Shown: piece after piece, positions 33,950-42,658 of the stretch
How positions within the stretch are numbered: position 1 is the stretch's first letter
Layout of the letters: every line of letters starts with the position of its first letter
NCBI GenBank assembly: GCA_964596415.1
Contig: CAZQSX010000005.1
Coordinates: 1 to 42,658, forward strand
DNA length: 42,658 bases
Origin: an uncultured Gammaproteobacteria bacterium
Lineage (GTDB): Bacteria > Patescibacteriota > Microgenomatia > Levybacterales > GWA1-39-11
Reading direction: 5' to 3'
The notes under the pieces: generated by a model
The model's input: the letters and a program-made list of their open reading frames with translations, nothing else
The model's database searches: none
Told to the model about the DNA's origin: nothing
Translations under genes and position numbers: made by a program

Positions 33950-35463
33950 TCCTTTCTCTTTTATCTCTGGTTTATTTCTATACGAGAATGACAAATATCA
34001 TGTCATTGCCTCTTTTTACAGATGAAGCTATATATGTGAGGTGGGCGCAAATAGCTCGATTTGATGCAGCTTGGAGATTTATTTCTCTTACCGATGGTAA
34101 ACAGCCTTCATACATTTGGATGGTAATGAACTCTATGAGAGTTTTTGATGACCCTCTTTTTGCCAGCAGAATAGTTTCAGTTTTTACAGGATTTATCACA
34201 CTTATTGGAGTGATGATGGTTTCATGGGAGATTTTTAAAAAGAAACTAGGGGGTAGTATTTTGCATCAGATGTTTGGGCATTTAAAAAAACCAGAAAGCA
34301 TTGGGTATATTTCAGGGATTCTTTTTGTGCTGTATCCTTTCGCGCTTGTATATGATCGGATGGCACTCTACGACTCTACGGTTGCTGCGACCATGATATG
34401 GGTTTTATATGCCATAATACTACTTGTTCGATATATTCGACTTGATCTTGGTATGATTTTTGGGATAGCTGCAGGAGCTGCAATGCTCACAAAAACTTCT
34501 GGTTTTTTTAGTATCTATCTTCTTCCATTTTCACTTCTTTTATTTGACTGGAAACAAAAAAATAGACTAACAAAGCTTTTTGAACTATCTGTTTTTGCTG
34601 TTGTTGGTGTAATTATTGCCTTCGTAATGTATTCTGTTCTTAGACTATCCCCCTTTTTCTATATTATTGATGAGAAGAATGGAATTTTTGTATGGACTAT
34701 TTCCGAATGGATTAAAAGAAACCAGATTGAGATTTTTATAAGCAATTTTAATGGATTATTTGGTTGGTTTATTACATATGTCTCACTGCCTGTAGTTGCT
34801 CTTGCAGTATTTGCATTGGTACTTCCAGGTAAAAGGCTTGAGAAATTATTTCTTTTCATATGGTTTGCAGCTCCTTTTTTTGGGTTGACTGTTTTTGGTA
34901 AAACGATCTATCCAAGGTTTATATATTTTATGACTCCCGTTGTTATTATCCTTGCATCTTATACACTTTCATTTTTGCTTAATAAAATTAGACTTAAGAT
35001 AATCTTTTATGCATTATTCCTGGTAGTTCTTGGTATATATTTACGAGCAGATTATTATATTATGTACGATTTTGCTCATGCGCCAATCCCGCAAGCTGAT
35101 TTAGGTCAATATATAAATTCTTGGCCTGCTGGAGGAGGTATTAAAGAAATGGTTGCCTTTTTTGAAGAGGAGGCCAAACAAAAAGGAAGGATATATGTAG
35201 CAACCCAAGGAACGTTTGGTAGTTTACCAACATATGCTATGGAAATATACCTAGGATTAAATAATAACATTGAGACGCGTGGTATTTATCCGTTGCCAAC
35301 TCTTATTCCAGAAGATTTAAAAGAGAGGTCTAAGTCAATGCCTGTATATATTGTTTTAAATGATACAGAAATTCCCCCGAGTGAATGGCCAGTTACCCTG
35401 GTTGAAAAGTATCAAAAAGGAGTAGGGGATAGATATCTTTCAATTTTCAGAGTTAACCCTTAG
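33913..35463 (+). CDS. GT39/ArnT-like membrane glycosyltransferase
   Basis: 516 aa. LFTDEAIYVRWAQ (DE motif in the first periplasmic loop), multiple TM helices, soluble C-terminal domain. Confidence 0.65.
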   Translation: MVFKNIPLKGLLILSLLSLVYFYTRMTNIMSLPLFTDEAIYVRWAQIARFDAAWRFISLTDGKQPSYIWMVMNSMRVFDDPLFASRIVSVFTGFITLIGVMMVSWEIFKKKLGGSILHQMFGHLKKPESIGYISGILFVLYPFALVYDRMALYDSTVAATMIWVLYAIILLVRYIRLDLGMIFGIAAGAAMLTKTSGFFSIYLLPFSLLLFDWKQKNRLTKLFELSVFAVVGVIIAFVMYSVLRLSPFFYIIDEKNGIFVWTISEWIKRNQIEIFISNFNGLFGWFITYVSLPVVALAVFALVLPGKRLEKLFLFIWFAAPFFGLTVFGKTIYPRFIYFMTPVVIILASYTLSFLLNKIRLKIIFYALFLVVLGIYLRADYYIMYDFAHAPIPQADLGQYINSWPAGGGIKEMVAFFEEEAKQKGRIYVATQGTFGSLPTYAMEIYLGLNNNIETRGIYPLPTLIPEDLKERSKSMPVYIVLNDTEIPPSEWPVTLVEKYQKGVGDRYLSIFRVNP

Positions 35464-35465
35464 GT

Positions 35466-37823
35466 ATGCATGTATTTATTAAAAAAAATTTTTCAGTTTT
35501 CATAATACTTTTTATTGCATTTTTATTCTTTTATAAGTTTTTTCTTCATGGTTTAATACCATTCCCCGGAGATTTATTAGTTGGAAATTATGAGCCGTAT
35601 AAATCTCAAATATATGGAGTTCCCCATAAAGGTCAAGGGGCGGATGTGGTTCGTGAATTATACCCTTGGAAGCACTTTTCTATTCAGGAAATAGCACGTG
35701 GAGCATTTCCGTTATGGAATCCATATACTTTTTCTGGAAATCCTCACTTTGCGAATCTTCAGTCTGGCACTTTATATCCTGTAAATATTTTATTTTTTAT
35801 AATGCCTTTTATTCCGGCATGGGGAATATATATAGTACTTCAATATGTAGGGATGATGATTTTTATGTATATATACTTACGGCAGATAAAGCTTGGAAAA
35901 ATTCCTAGTATTTTTGGGTCTGTTTCATTTGCGTTTTCAAACTTTATGATTGTATGGGGATGGTATGGAAATCTAGGACATGCGCTTATGTTTCTTCCGC
36001 TCGTTTTATTCTCCATGGAAAAGCTGTATCAGAGAAGTGAGATGAGATATTTTCTTCTTCTTACATTTTCATTTGTGCTTTCTATTTTTGCAGGATATAT
36101 ACAATTCACTATATACATGTATATGTTAGGGTTTCTATATGCGATTTTTAGATTTTTTAGCTTTGGCAAAGAGAAAAATATAAAAACCTTTTTTCTTATT
36201 CTTTCATCTTTTCTTTTGAGTGTTATTCTTTCAGGCATTCAGTTAATTCCACTATTTGAAATACTTAAAGAATCACTACGTTCTACTTATTCATATAATG
36301 TACTTCTTGAAAGACTTATGCCACCTGAGGCAGCAATTACGCTTTTGATTCCTGATTTTTTTGGAAACCCAGCCACAATGAACTACTTTTTAAGAGGTGG
36401 ATCTAGTCTTGAGAGAGCTTCTTCCATCGGTGTTTGGTCATTAATTTTTGCAGTTTTCGTGCTCTTTACAAAACGTACTTTTTTTAAAATTTTCTTTTTA
36501 AGCTTTGCAGTTTTATCATTTATTTCAACATTCTCAATTCCTCCAATTGCAGCATTTCATAGTATGGGTATACCATTTCTGTCCACAGGTATTCCTACGA
36601 GAATTCTTTCAGTATTTTGTTTTTGTCTTTCTGTACTGGCTGCCATAGGAATTGATAGTTACATAAGAAATGGTATTTTTAGAAAAAAAATAATTAAGAT
36701 GATTATATTTTTTATGGTCATCTTTATCTTACTTTTTGCAGCAACGTTTTATCTGGACAACCCAAATTTTGAAATTTCAAGACGAAACATGATAATTCCA
36801 TTTGGCATTTTTGTAGTCGGAGCTTTTATGATTTTTCTAAAAATTCCTAAAAAAATCTTTGCATCATTTATTATAATTCTTACAGTTTTTGAGTTGTTTT
36901 ATTCATTTCAAAAGTTCAATTCGTTTACCCCTGCAACATACGTATATCCTGATACGGAAATAATAAAACAAATTCAAAAAATCCAGGGAATAGATCGCTA
37001 TTGGGGATATGGCTCTGCAAATATAGACGCGAATTTCCAGTTAGTTGACAAAACGTATACTACGTCAGGTTATGATGCGCTTTATATAAAACGCTATGGT
37101 GAATTTATCGCATCTTCAAAAGATGGAAGTTTGCCTACTGATATACCTCGTTCGGTTGCGGATATTGCACCAGGGTATGGACCATCTGAGTTAAAAGAAA
37201 ATCCGTATAGACAGAGGGCGTTAGATTTGACCGGTGTTAAGTATGTTTTAAATAAAAAAGATGAAGTTGGGATTGACAGTGCGTTTGATGAGTCAATTTA
37301 CTTGTTAATTTATCAAAAAGATGGGTGGCAAATTTATGAGAATAAACAAGTGTTACCTAGGATTTCATCTTTTGGGAGATATCAAGTAATTTCAAAAAAC
37401 GAAGATAATATACAGAAATTATACGCAAAAGATTTTGATTACAAAAATATTCTTGTCTTGGAAGAAGATGTTCCTTCAAAGTACTCTATCGGATTTGATC
37501 CAAAGGCAAAAATATCAAGTATTTTATATACGCCAAAGAATATATCCTTTACCATGGATTCTAATCAGGATCAATTAGCATTTCTTTCAGACAATTACTT
37601 TCCTGGATGGCGTGCATACGTAGATGGTAAAGAGACTAAAATATTACGAGCAAATTATACATATCGAGCCATTCCCGTTGAAAGTGGAAAACATGACATA
37701 AAGCTTATCTACAATCCTTTATCATTTGCATTAGGTATAATTACTACGGGGGCAGGATATATTTGTTTGCTAATTATTTTAATTATTGCAAAAATGAAAG
37801 GGGTCAATGGGAAAAAAATTTAG
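35466..37823 (+). CDS. YfhO-like membrane glycosyltransferase
   Basis: 785 aa. WNPYTFSGNPHFANLQSGTLYP near the N-terminus. C-terminal DNYFPGWRAYVDGKE...GKHDIKLIYNP followed by a terminal TM helix. Confidence 0.65.
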   Translation: MHVFIKKNFSVFIILFIAFLFFYKFFLHGLIPFPGDLLVGNYEPYKSQIYGVPHKGQGADVVRELYPWKHFSIQEIARGAFPLWNPYTFSGNPHFANLQSGTLYPVNILFFIMPFIPAWGIYIVLQYVGMMIFMYIYLRQIKLGKIPSIFGSVSFAFSNFMIVWGWYGNLGHALMFLPLVLFSMEKLYQRSEMRYFLLLTFSFVLSIFAGYIQFTIYMYMLGFLYAIFRFFSFGKEKNIKTFFLILSSFLLSVILSGIQLIPLFEILKESLRSTYSYNVLLERLMPPEAAITLLIPDFFGNPATMNYFLRGGSSLERASSIGVWSLIFAVFVLFTKRTFFKIFFLSFAVLSFISTFSIPPIAAFHSMGIPFLSTGIPTRILSVFCFCLSVLAAIGIDSYIRNGIFRKKIIKMIIFFMVIFILLFAATFYLDNPNFEISRRNMIIPFGIFVVGAFMIFLKIPKKIFASFIIILTVFELFYSFQKFNSFTPATYVYPDTEIIKQIQKIQGIDRYWGYGSANIDANFQLVDKTYTTSGYDALYIKRYGEFIASSKDGSLPTDIPRSVADIAPGYGPSELKENPYRQRALDLTGVKYVLNKKDEVGIDSAFDESIYLLIYQKDGWQIYENKQVLPRISSFGRYQVISKNEDNIQKLYAKDFDYKNILVLEEDVPSKYSIGFDPKAKISSILYTPKNISFTMDSNQDQLAFLSDNYFPGWRAYVDGKETKILRANYTYRAIPVESGKHDIKLIYNPLSFALGIITTGAGYICLLIILIIAKMKGVNGKKI

Positions 37824-39471
37824 TTTAATACTGTTTGGAGTAATTATAGTTATCGCAGCAATTGTAAGATTGTATAATCTTGGGAATTATCCAGTTGGAT
37901 TTCAAATAGATGAAGCATCGCTTGGGTATAATGCATATTCATTGCTGCAAACTGGTAAATCTGACGAAGGAAAATTTCTGCCGTTATATGTAGATATTTT
38001 TGGAGATAATAGGCCTTCTGGTTATCATTACTTAACAATAATTCCTGTTGTTATGTTTGGTCTTTCAGAATTTTCCACAAGATTTCCCGGTGCTTTGTTT
38101 GGTATTATAACCATCATACCCGTATATCTTTTGTCATTTTTTCTTTTTAAAGATAAGAGGATAGCTGTATTATCTGCTTTTTTTATTGCTGTGGCTCCTT
38201 GGCATGTCGTTTTATCTCGGGCAAGCGCGGAAACAATAGTTGCGCTTTTTCTAATTCTTTTTGGTTTTTATGTTCTTTTAAAAAGTATAAAAAATCACTC
38301 AAAAGAACAGTTAATCCTATCAATATTATTTCTCGCTTTGTCATATTTTTTCTACCACACTCCTCGTGTTTTTGTTCCACTTATGGTGATTGGTACTATT
38401 TCTCTTTTTTATAAAGAAATCTTAGATAAAAAATATAAAGACTTTAAATTTTACTTCGGTGGCCTTGTTTTTCTTTTATTCTTTTTATCTTTTGCATTAG
38501 TATTTTTAATACCAGGGGGATCAGGTCGTTTTTCTCAGGTAAATGTTTTTTCACACCCTGAGACTACGCTTGTTCTTGCAGAACAGCATAGGGAGGATGG
38601 CACCTATGGCGTTAAAACGCTTGAAGCTCGATTTTTTCACAATAAATTGGTAAATTTTAGTTTTGATTATGTTTCTAATTATCTAGAATACTTTTCTGGT
38701 AACTTTCTTTTTATTGGTGGAGGATTGCCTGCTTGGTATGACGTAGATCGCATGGGGCTTTTATATATATTTCAACTCCCTTTTTTGCTTTTTGGTATAT
38801 TTCTTTGTTTGAAAAAGCGCTCAAGAATTACGCTTTTTCCTATACTTTGGATTTTGCTCTCTCCAGTAACCGCTGCGGTGACAGTTGATGATATTCCTAA
38901 TCTTCAGCGTGCTATTGTGCTTTTCCCTATGCTTGATGTGGTTACCGCATATGGGGTAGTTGAGGCAGTTCTCATTTTAAGAAAAAAATGGAAACTTGCT
39001 GCAAAGATTCTTTTGGGTATTGTTCTTATCTATAGTGTATTGTATTTTCTCCATCAGTATTTTGTGCATGGATATACTCATCGACCATGGATTAGAAATA
39101 ATGGTTTTGCCAAGATGATGCAGGAAGTAAATAATAGATATAGCATGTCTGATAAAGTAATTATGACAAAAACAGGAGGAGGATATCCGCTTGTTCTTTT
39201 CTATTCAAAGTATGATCCAGCTGCATATATTAATGAAGGTTCGCCAAAAGATGCAGACTATAAAGGCTTTGGAAAATTTATTTTTGTGCCTCAAGAGTGC
39301 CCAAGTCTTCAATCGGGTATAGACATAAAACCTTCAGATAACGTCACGTATGTGGATAGGGGAAGTTGTGAGATTAATAAGGGGCTGTTCAATAGGGTGG
39401 ATGTACCTCGCGAAGATGGAAGTATGGGTTTTAGAGTTTATTACCGTAAAGGAGTAGAAATAGGTAAATGA
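37807..39471 (+). CDS. GT39/ArnT-like membrane glycosyltransferase (tandem paralog 1)
   Basis: 554 aa. RLYNLGNYPVGFQIDEASLGYNAYSLLQTGKSDEGKFLPL. Overlaps the upstream gene by 17 nt. Confidence 0.7.
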   Translation: MGKKFSLILFGVIIVIAAIVRLYNLGNYPVGFQIDEASLGYNAYSLLQTGKSDEGKFLPLYVDIFGDNRPSGYHYLTIIPVVMFGLSEFSTRFPGALFGIITIIPVYLLSFFLFKDKRIAVLSAFFIAVAPWHVVLSRASAETIVALFLILFGFYVLLKSIKNHSKEQLILSILFLALSYFFYHTPRVFVPLMVIGTISLFYKEILDKKYKDFKFYFGGLVFLLFFLSFALVFLIPGGSGRFSQVNVFSHPETTLVLAEQHREDGTYGVKTLEARFFHNKLVNFSFDYVSNYLEYFSGNFLFIGGGLPAWYDVDRMGLLYIFQLPFLLFGIFLCLKKRSRITLFPILWILLSPVTAAVTVDDIPNLQRAIVLFPMLDVVTAYGVVEAVLILRKKWKLAAKILLGIVLIYSVLYFLHQYFVHGYTHRPWIRNNGFAKMMQEVNNRYSMSDKVIMTKTGGGYPLVLFYSKYDPAAYINEGSPKDADYKGFGKFIFVPQECPSLQSGIDIKPSDNVTYVDRGSCEINKGLFNRVDVPREDGSMGFRVYYRKGVEIGK

Positions 39472-41126
39472 AATTTAGTCCAAAGATTGTACTTTTTTTA
39501 ATTTTTTTATTGGGAGTTTTTTTGAGATTTTTTATGTTGGGACAAAACCCTCCAAGTCTTAATTGGGATGAAGTATCTACTGGATATAATGCGTATTCGA
39601 TTCTTAAAACAGGAAGAGATGAATACGGAAATTTTTTACCACTTTCTATTCGGTCTTTTGATGATTATAAACCAGCACTCTATACATATCTTACGGTTCC
39701 CTCTGTTGCGGCATTCGGTCTTACGGGATTTGCGGTGAGGTTTCCGTCTGCGTTTTTAGGTTCGCTTTCCGTTCTGATTGTTTACTTTTTGACAAAAGAA
39801 ATACTTATTGGTAAAAAATATCATAATGCTACCATAGAGCAAGTCTCTTTAGCCTCCTCATTTTTCTTTGCAATTTCACCATGGAGCCTGCAATTTTCAA
39901 GAGCAGCATATGAAGGAAATATAGGCCTTTTCTTTTTGCTTGGAGGGGTTTTATTCTTATTCAAATTTTTAGAGAAACCTAAGTATTTATTTGCATCAGT
40001 TTTGTTTTTTATCCTTTGTTTGTATTCTTATCATAGTTTTCGGCTGATTGTTCCGTTGTTTCTTTTTGGATTTGGTGTTTTATATTTCAAAAATCTATGG
40101 AAAAACAAATTAATTGTTTTAACATCACTTCTTATTCTTATTCTTATCTCACTTCCAATATATTCATCATTTTTGTTTTCAAACTCTGGAACAGGAAGTA
40201 GATTGTCTATGGTAACAATTTTTGGAGATACCCCAGAGCTTCAAAAATCAATTACTCGATTAGAATATGATAAAAAAATTGGAAATCCGCTTGGATATGT
40301 TTTTGAAAACAGAAGATTTGTTTACGCACTTGCAGTTACTGCTGGTTACTTGAAGCATTATGATCCTGATTTTCTATTTCTTCACGGAGATGGGGGTGTT
40401 CAGCATCATGCAGTAGATTTTGGGATGTTATATCTTTTTTCTTTTCCTTTCATAATTTTAGGATTTTACTTTTTAGCCCAGAACTTTTCAAAAAGAATTG
40501 GAGTTCTTTTGTTGCTTTTAGCCTTAGCGCCACTTGCTTCTGCTATTTCATCCGGTGCGCCGCATCCAGTACGAGCGATTGTCATGGCTCCAATTTTAGA
40601 TATTACAGCAGCGGTAGGTTTAATCATGTTACTTCATTACCTATTTAAAATGAAGCATAAAAGATTAGCGTTTGGCTTATTTGTAGTTTTAATAGGTATT
40701 TTTTCTTTTAATCTTTTATATTATTTCAATCAATACTATGTACATACACCTCGTGAATATGGTTATTTTTGGCAATCTGGAGCAAAAGAAGCTGTTGAAT
40801 ATGCGCACCGTAATAAGGAAAAATATAACAAGATTATTATGACATATAAATATGATCAGCCATACGCGTTTTATTTGTATCACAATAGGATTGATCCAGC
40901 TTGGTATCAAAGGGTATGGAATTTTACAGGCAATGGAATTATGCCTCGGTTTGAAAGGAAGATAGGTAACGTTGAGTTTAAAAATATTAATTATGGTGAA
41001 GATAGTAAATTAAAAAACACTCTGCTTATTGGTACCCCAGAGGAAGTACCAATGAATGCTAACGTATTACTGGAAATTGAGTTTCCCGATGGTTCAACTG
41101 CCTATAGAATTTCGCAAACAAATTAA
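39468..41126 (+). CDS. GT39/ArnT-like membrane glycosyltransferase (tandem paralog 2)
   Basis: 552 aa. RFFMLGQNPPSLNWDEVSTGYNAYSILKTGRDEYGNFLPL is colinear with the previous protein. ATGA overlap. Confidence 0.7.
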   Translation: MKFSPKIVLFLIFLLGVFLRFFMLGQNPPSLNWDEVSTGYNAYSILKTGRDEYGNFLPLSIRSFDDYKPALYTYLTVPSVAAFGLTGFAVRFPSAFLGSLSVLIVYFLTKEILIGKKYHNATIEQVSLASSFFFAISPWSLQFSRAAYEGNIGLFFLLGGVLFLFKFLEKPKYLFASVLFFILCLYSYHSFRLIVPLFLFGFGVLYFKNLWKNKLIVLTSLLILILISLPIYSSFLFSNSGTGSRLSMVTIFGDTPELQKSITRLEYDKKIGNPLGYVFENRRFVYALAVTAGYLKHYDPDFLFLHGDGGVQHHAVDFGMLYLFSFPFIILGFYFLAQNFSKRIGVLLLLLALAPLASAISSGAPHPVRAIVMAPILDITAAVGLIMLLHYLFKMKHKRLAFGLFVVLIGIFSFNLLYYFNQYYVHTPREYGYFWQSGAKEAVEYAHRNKEKYNKIIMTYKYDQPYAFYLYHNRIDPAWYQRVWNFTGNGIMPRFERKIGNVEFKNINYGEDSKLKNTLLIGTPEEVPMNANVLLEIEFPDGSTAYRISQTN

Positions 41127-42658
41127 ATGTCAGAAAAGGTACAACATTTTCTTTTTATTTTTTTATTAAGTATAGTATTTTCACTACCTATTATTATTCC
41201 ATTTTTTAAATCTGGATATTTTCCTACTCATGATGGACAGTGGGCAGTAGTTAGGGCGGCAGAGATGTTTCGGGAAATACGGGACTTACAATTCCCCCCA
41301 AGATTTTCCCAGGCTCTTAATTTCGGATATGGATACCCGTTGTTTAACTTTGCATATCCAGGTCCTTATTACATAACTACCATTATTCATGGAGTTGGAT
41401 TTAGTTTTATTGAATCAGTTAAAATACTTTTTGCCCTTACTGTTCCTCTTTCATTTTTGGGTATGTATATATTTTCATTTTCTGTATTTAAGAAAAAAAT
41501 TGCAGGGTTTATTTCTGCCATATTGTATTTATATCTTCCTTACAGAATGGTAGATTTGTATGTTCGAGGCAATATTGGTGAGGCGGTTGCCTTTGCATTG
41601 TTTCCTTTTATTTTTGTATGTTTATATTATGTAGCGGTTAGTAGGAAAAAAATGTTTTTTGTTCTCTCATCTTCTTTTCTTTCAGCGCTTTTTATAGTTT
41701 CGCATAATATTATGACGGTATATCTTGGTGTCATTGTACTTTTTTTTGTAATAGCATTGCTTATAGCTCATAAACATAAAGAGGCATTGTACATACTAGG
41801 TTCTGTGCTTTGGGGGATTTTACTTTCAGCTTTTTTTACCATTCCAGCGCTTTTGGAGAAAAAAAACATTAAACTTTCAACTGTCCCAATAGCAGATCGT
41901 AACCTATACTTTGTTAGTATCCAAAAGTTATTGTTTTCCCCATTTCATTATGGAACGCCAACGGATAGAGATCCGTTCACATATCAATTAGGTTTGCCAC
42001 AGATAATAGGTTCATTTTTTTCACTTTCTATTATTCGTAGAAAATACTCATTTGAAAAGGTTCTCGTGTTATCCTTCGCAGTTCTTATTTGTGTTTTTAT
42101 ACTTATGATGTTTCCAGTCATGTCTTTTGTGTGGAAGATTCCGTTATTTTCTGAAATCAACTACCCCTGGACCCTTTTGTTGCCAATTGGTTTCTTAATG
42201 TCTTTTGTTTCCGGAGCGGTAGTGTATATTAAAAAAGGAATGATTATGGGGATTGTTCTTTGTGTTGCTGCCGTTGTATTGACATATCAAAATGCGAAGC
42301 CTAATAGTTTTATAAATAATACTGATGAATATTACATTACAAATGAGGCAACAACCACTTCTTCGCAAGAACTAATGCCTCTATGGGTGCGTAAGTTACC
42401 TACAGAAAGATTTCAGCAGAAGATTGTGGCAAGTGGTTCAAGTTATGCAACAAACATTTATTATGACTCAAAAAAAATATCTTTCAACGCGGAAATGAAG
42501 AGTCCTGGTGTAATAACAGTTAATACTATTTATTATCCGGGTTGGAAAGCACATGTGGGAGGTTCTTTGGTACCGATTGATTATCAAAATGCCTCTGGTC
42601 TCATTCAGCTTTCTCTTCCTCAAGGATCTCATAATGTTGCGCTCTATTTCACTGAGAC
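41127..42658 (+). CDS. YfhO-like/GT-C membrane protein, 3' end outside the window
   Basis: Not in the ORF track. I translated it by hand from the ATG directly after the TAA at 41124-41126. It stays open to the window end (MSEKVQHFLFIFLLS...IYYPGWKAHVGGSLVPIDYQNASG...), has many TM segments, and its C-terminal motif parallels that of 35466..37823. Confidence 0.65.
   Translation, partial: MSEKVQHFLFIFLLSIVFSLPIIIPFFKSGYFPTHDGQWAVVRAAEMFREIRDLQFPPRFSQALNFGYGYPLFNFAYPGPYYITTIIHGVGFSFIESVKILFALTVPLSFLGMYIFSFSVFKKKIAGFISAILYLYLPYRMVDLYVRGNIGEAVAFALFPFIFVCLYYVAVSRKKMFFVLSSSFLSALFIVSHNIMTVYLGVIVLFFVIALLIAHKHKEALYILGSVLWGILLSAFFTIPALLEKKNIKLSTVPIADRNLYFVSIQKLLFSPFHYGTPTDRDPFTYQLGLPQIIGSFFSLSIIRRKYSFEKVLVLSFAVLICVFILMMFPVMSFVWKIPLFSEINYPWTLLLPIGFLMSFVSGAVVYIKKGMIMGIVLCVAAVVLTYQNAKPNSFINNTDEYYITNEATTTSSQELMPLWVRKLPTERFQQKIVASGSSYATNIYYDSKKISFNAEMKSPGVITVNTIYYPGWKAHVGGSLVPIDYQNASGLIQLSLPQGSHNVALYFTE

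Noticed and set aside
1-42658. Alternative genetic code (UGA read as sense, as in some CPR lineages)
   Set aside because: Long family-typical ORFs close at TGA where homolog-like C-termini end (gltX at 9384-9386, the membrane protein at 32850-32852). These TGA codons sit in ATGA overlaps with the next start, so the standard code fits.

Overview
This is an AT-rich, tightly packed 42.7-kb window with about 45 protein genes and 2 tRNA genes. There are no rRNA genes, CRISPR arrays, integrases or transposases. The compaction, overlapping gene ends, many N-terminally anchored orphan proteins, a GIY-YIG gene next to a tRNA and a large expansion of membrane glycosyltransferases suggest a small-genome Patescibacteria/CPR-like bacterium. 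That taxonomic call is inference only.

Layout:
- 1-12.1 kb: mostly translation and envelope housekeeping (cysS, yqeY, cca, recJ, aspS, a D-Ala-D-Ala carboxypeptidase, gltX, a PAP2-like phosphatase, dgkA, a tRNA-binding protein, an AI-2E transporter, an orphan wHTH).
- 12.1-18.3 kb: accessory-looking. It holds a Pro/Gly/Glu-rich mini-protein, a tRNA-Gln locus surrounded by tRNA-like fragments, orphan genes, a Cas4-like PD-(D/E)XK nuclease, and a small SAM methyltransferase translationally coupled to a type IB topoisomerase.
- 18.3-24.6 kb: DUF2207, YibE/F, a secreted SNase-LTD nuclease, and lon behind a CIRCE-like operator.
- 24.7-28.3 kb: tRNA-Glu followed by a stack of single-gene segments, each closed by a perfect or degenerate copy of the tRNA 3' end.
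- 28.3-42.7 kb: one GT2 polyprenyl-phosphate glycosyltransferase plus eight GT-C-like polytopic membrane proteins.

Genome-wide style: many genes have a -10 hexamer 6-12 nt before the start codon and no Shine-Dalgarno sequence. I found only one canonical intrinsic terminator. All protein calls rest on motifs read by eye from the supplied translations; no database search was run.
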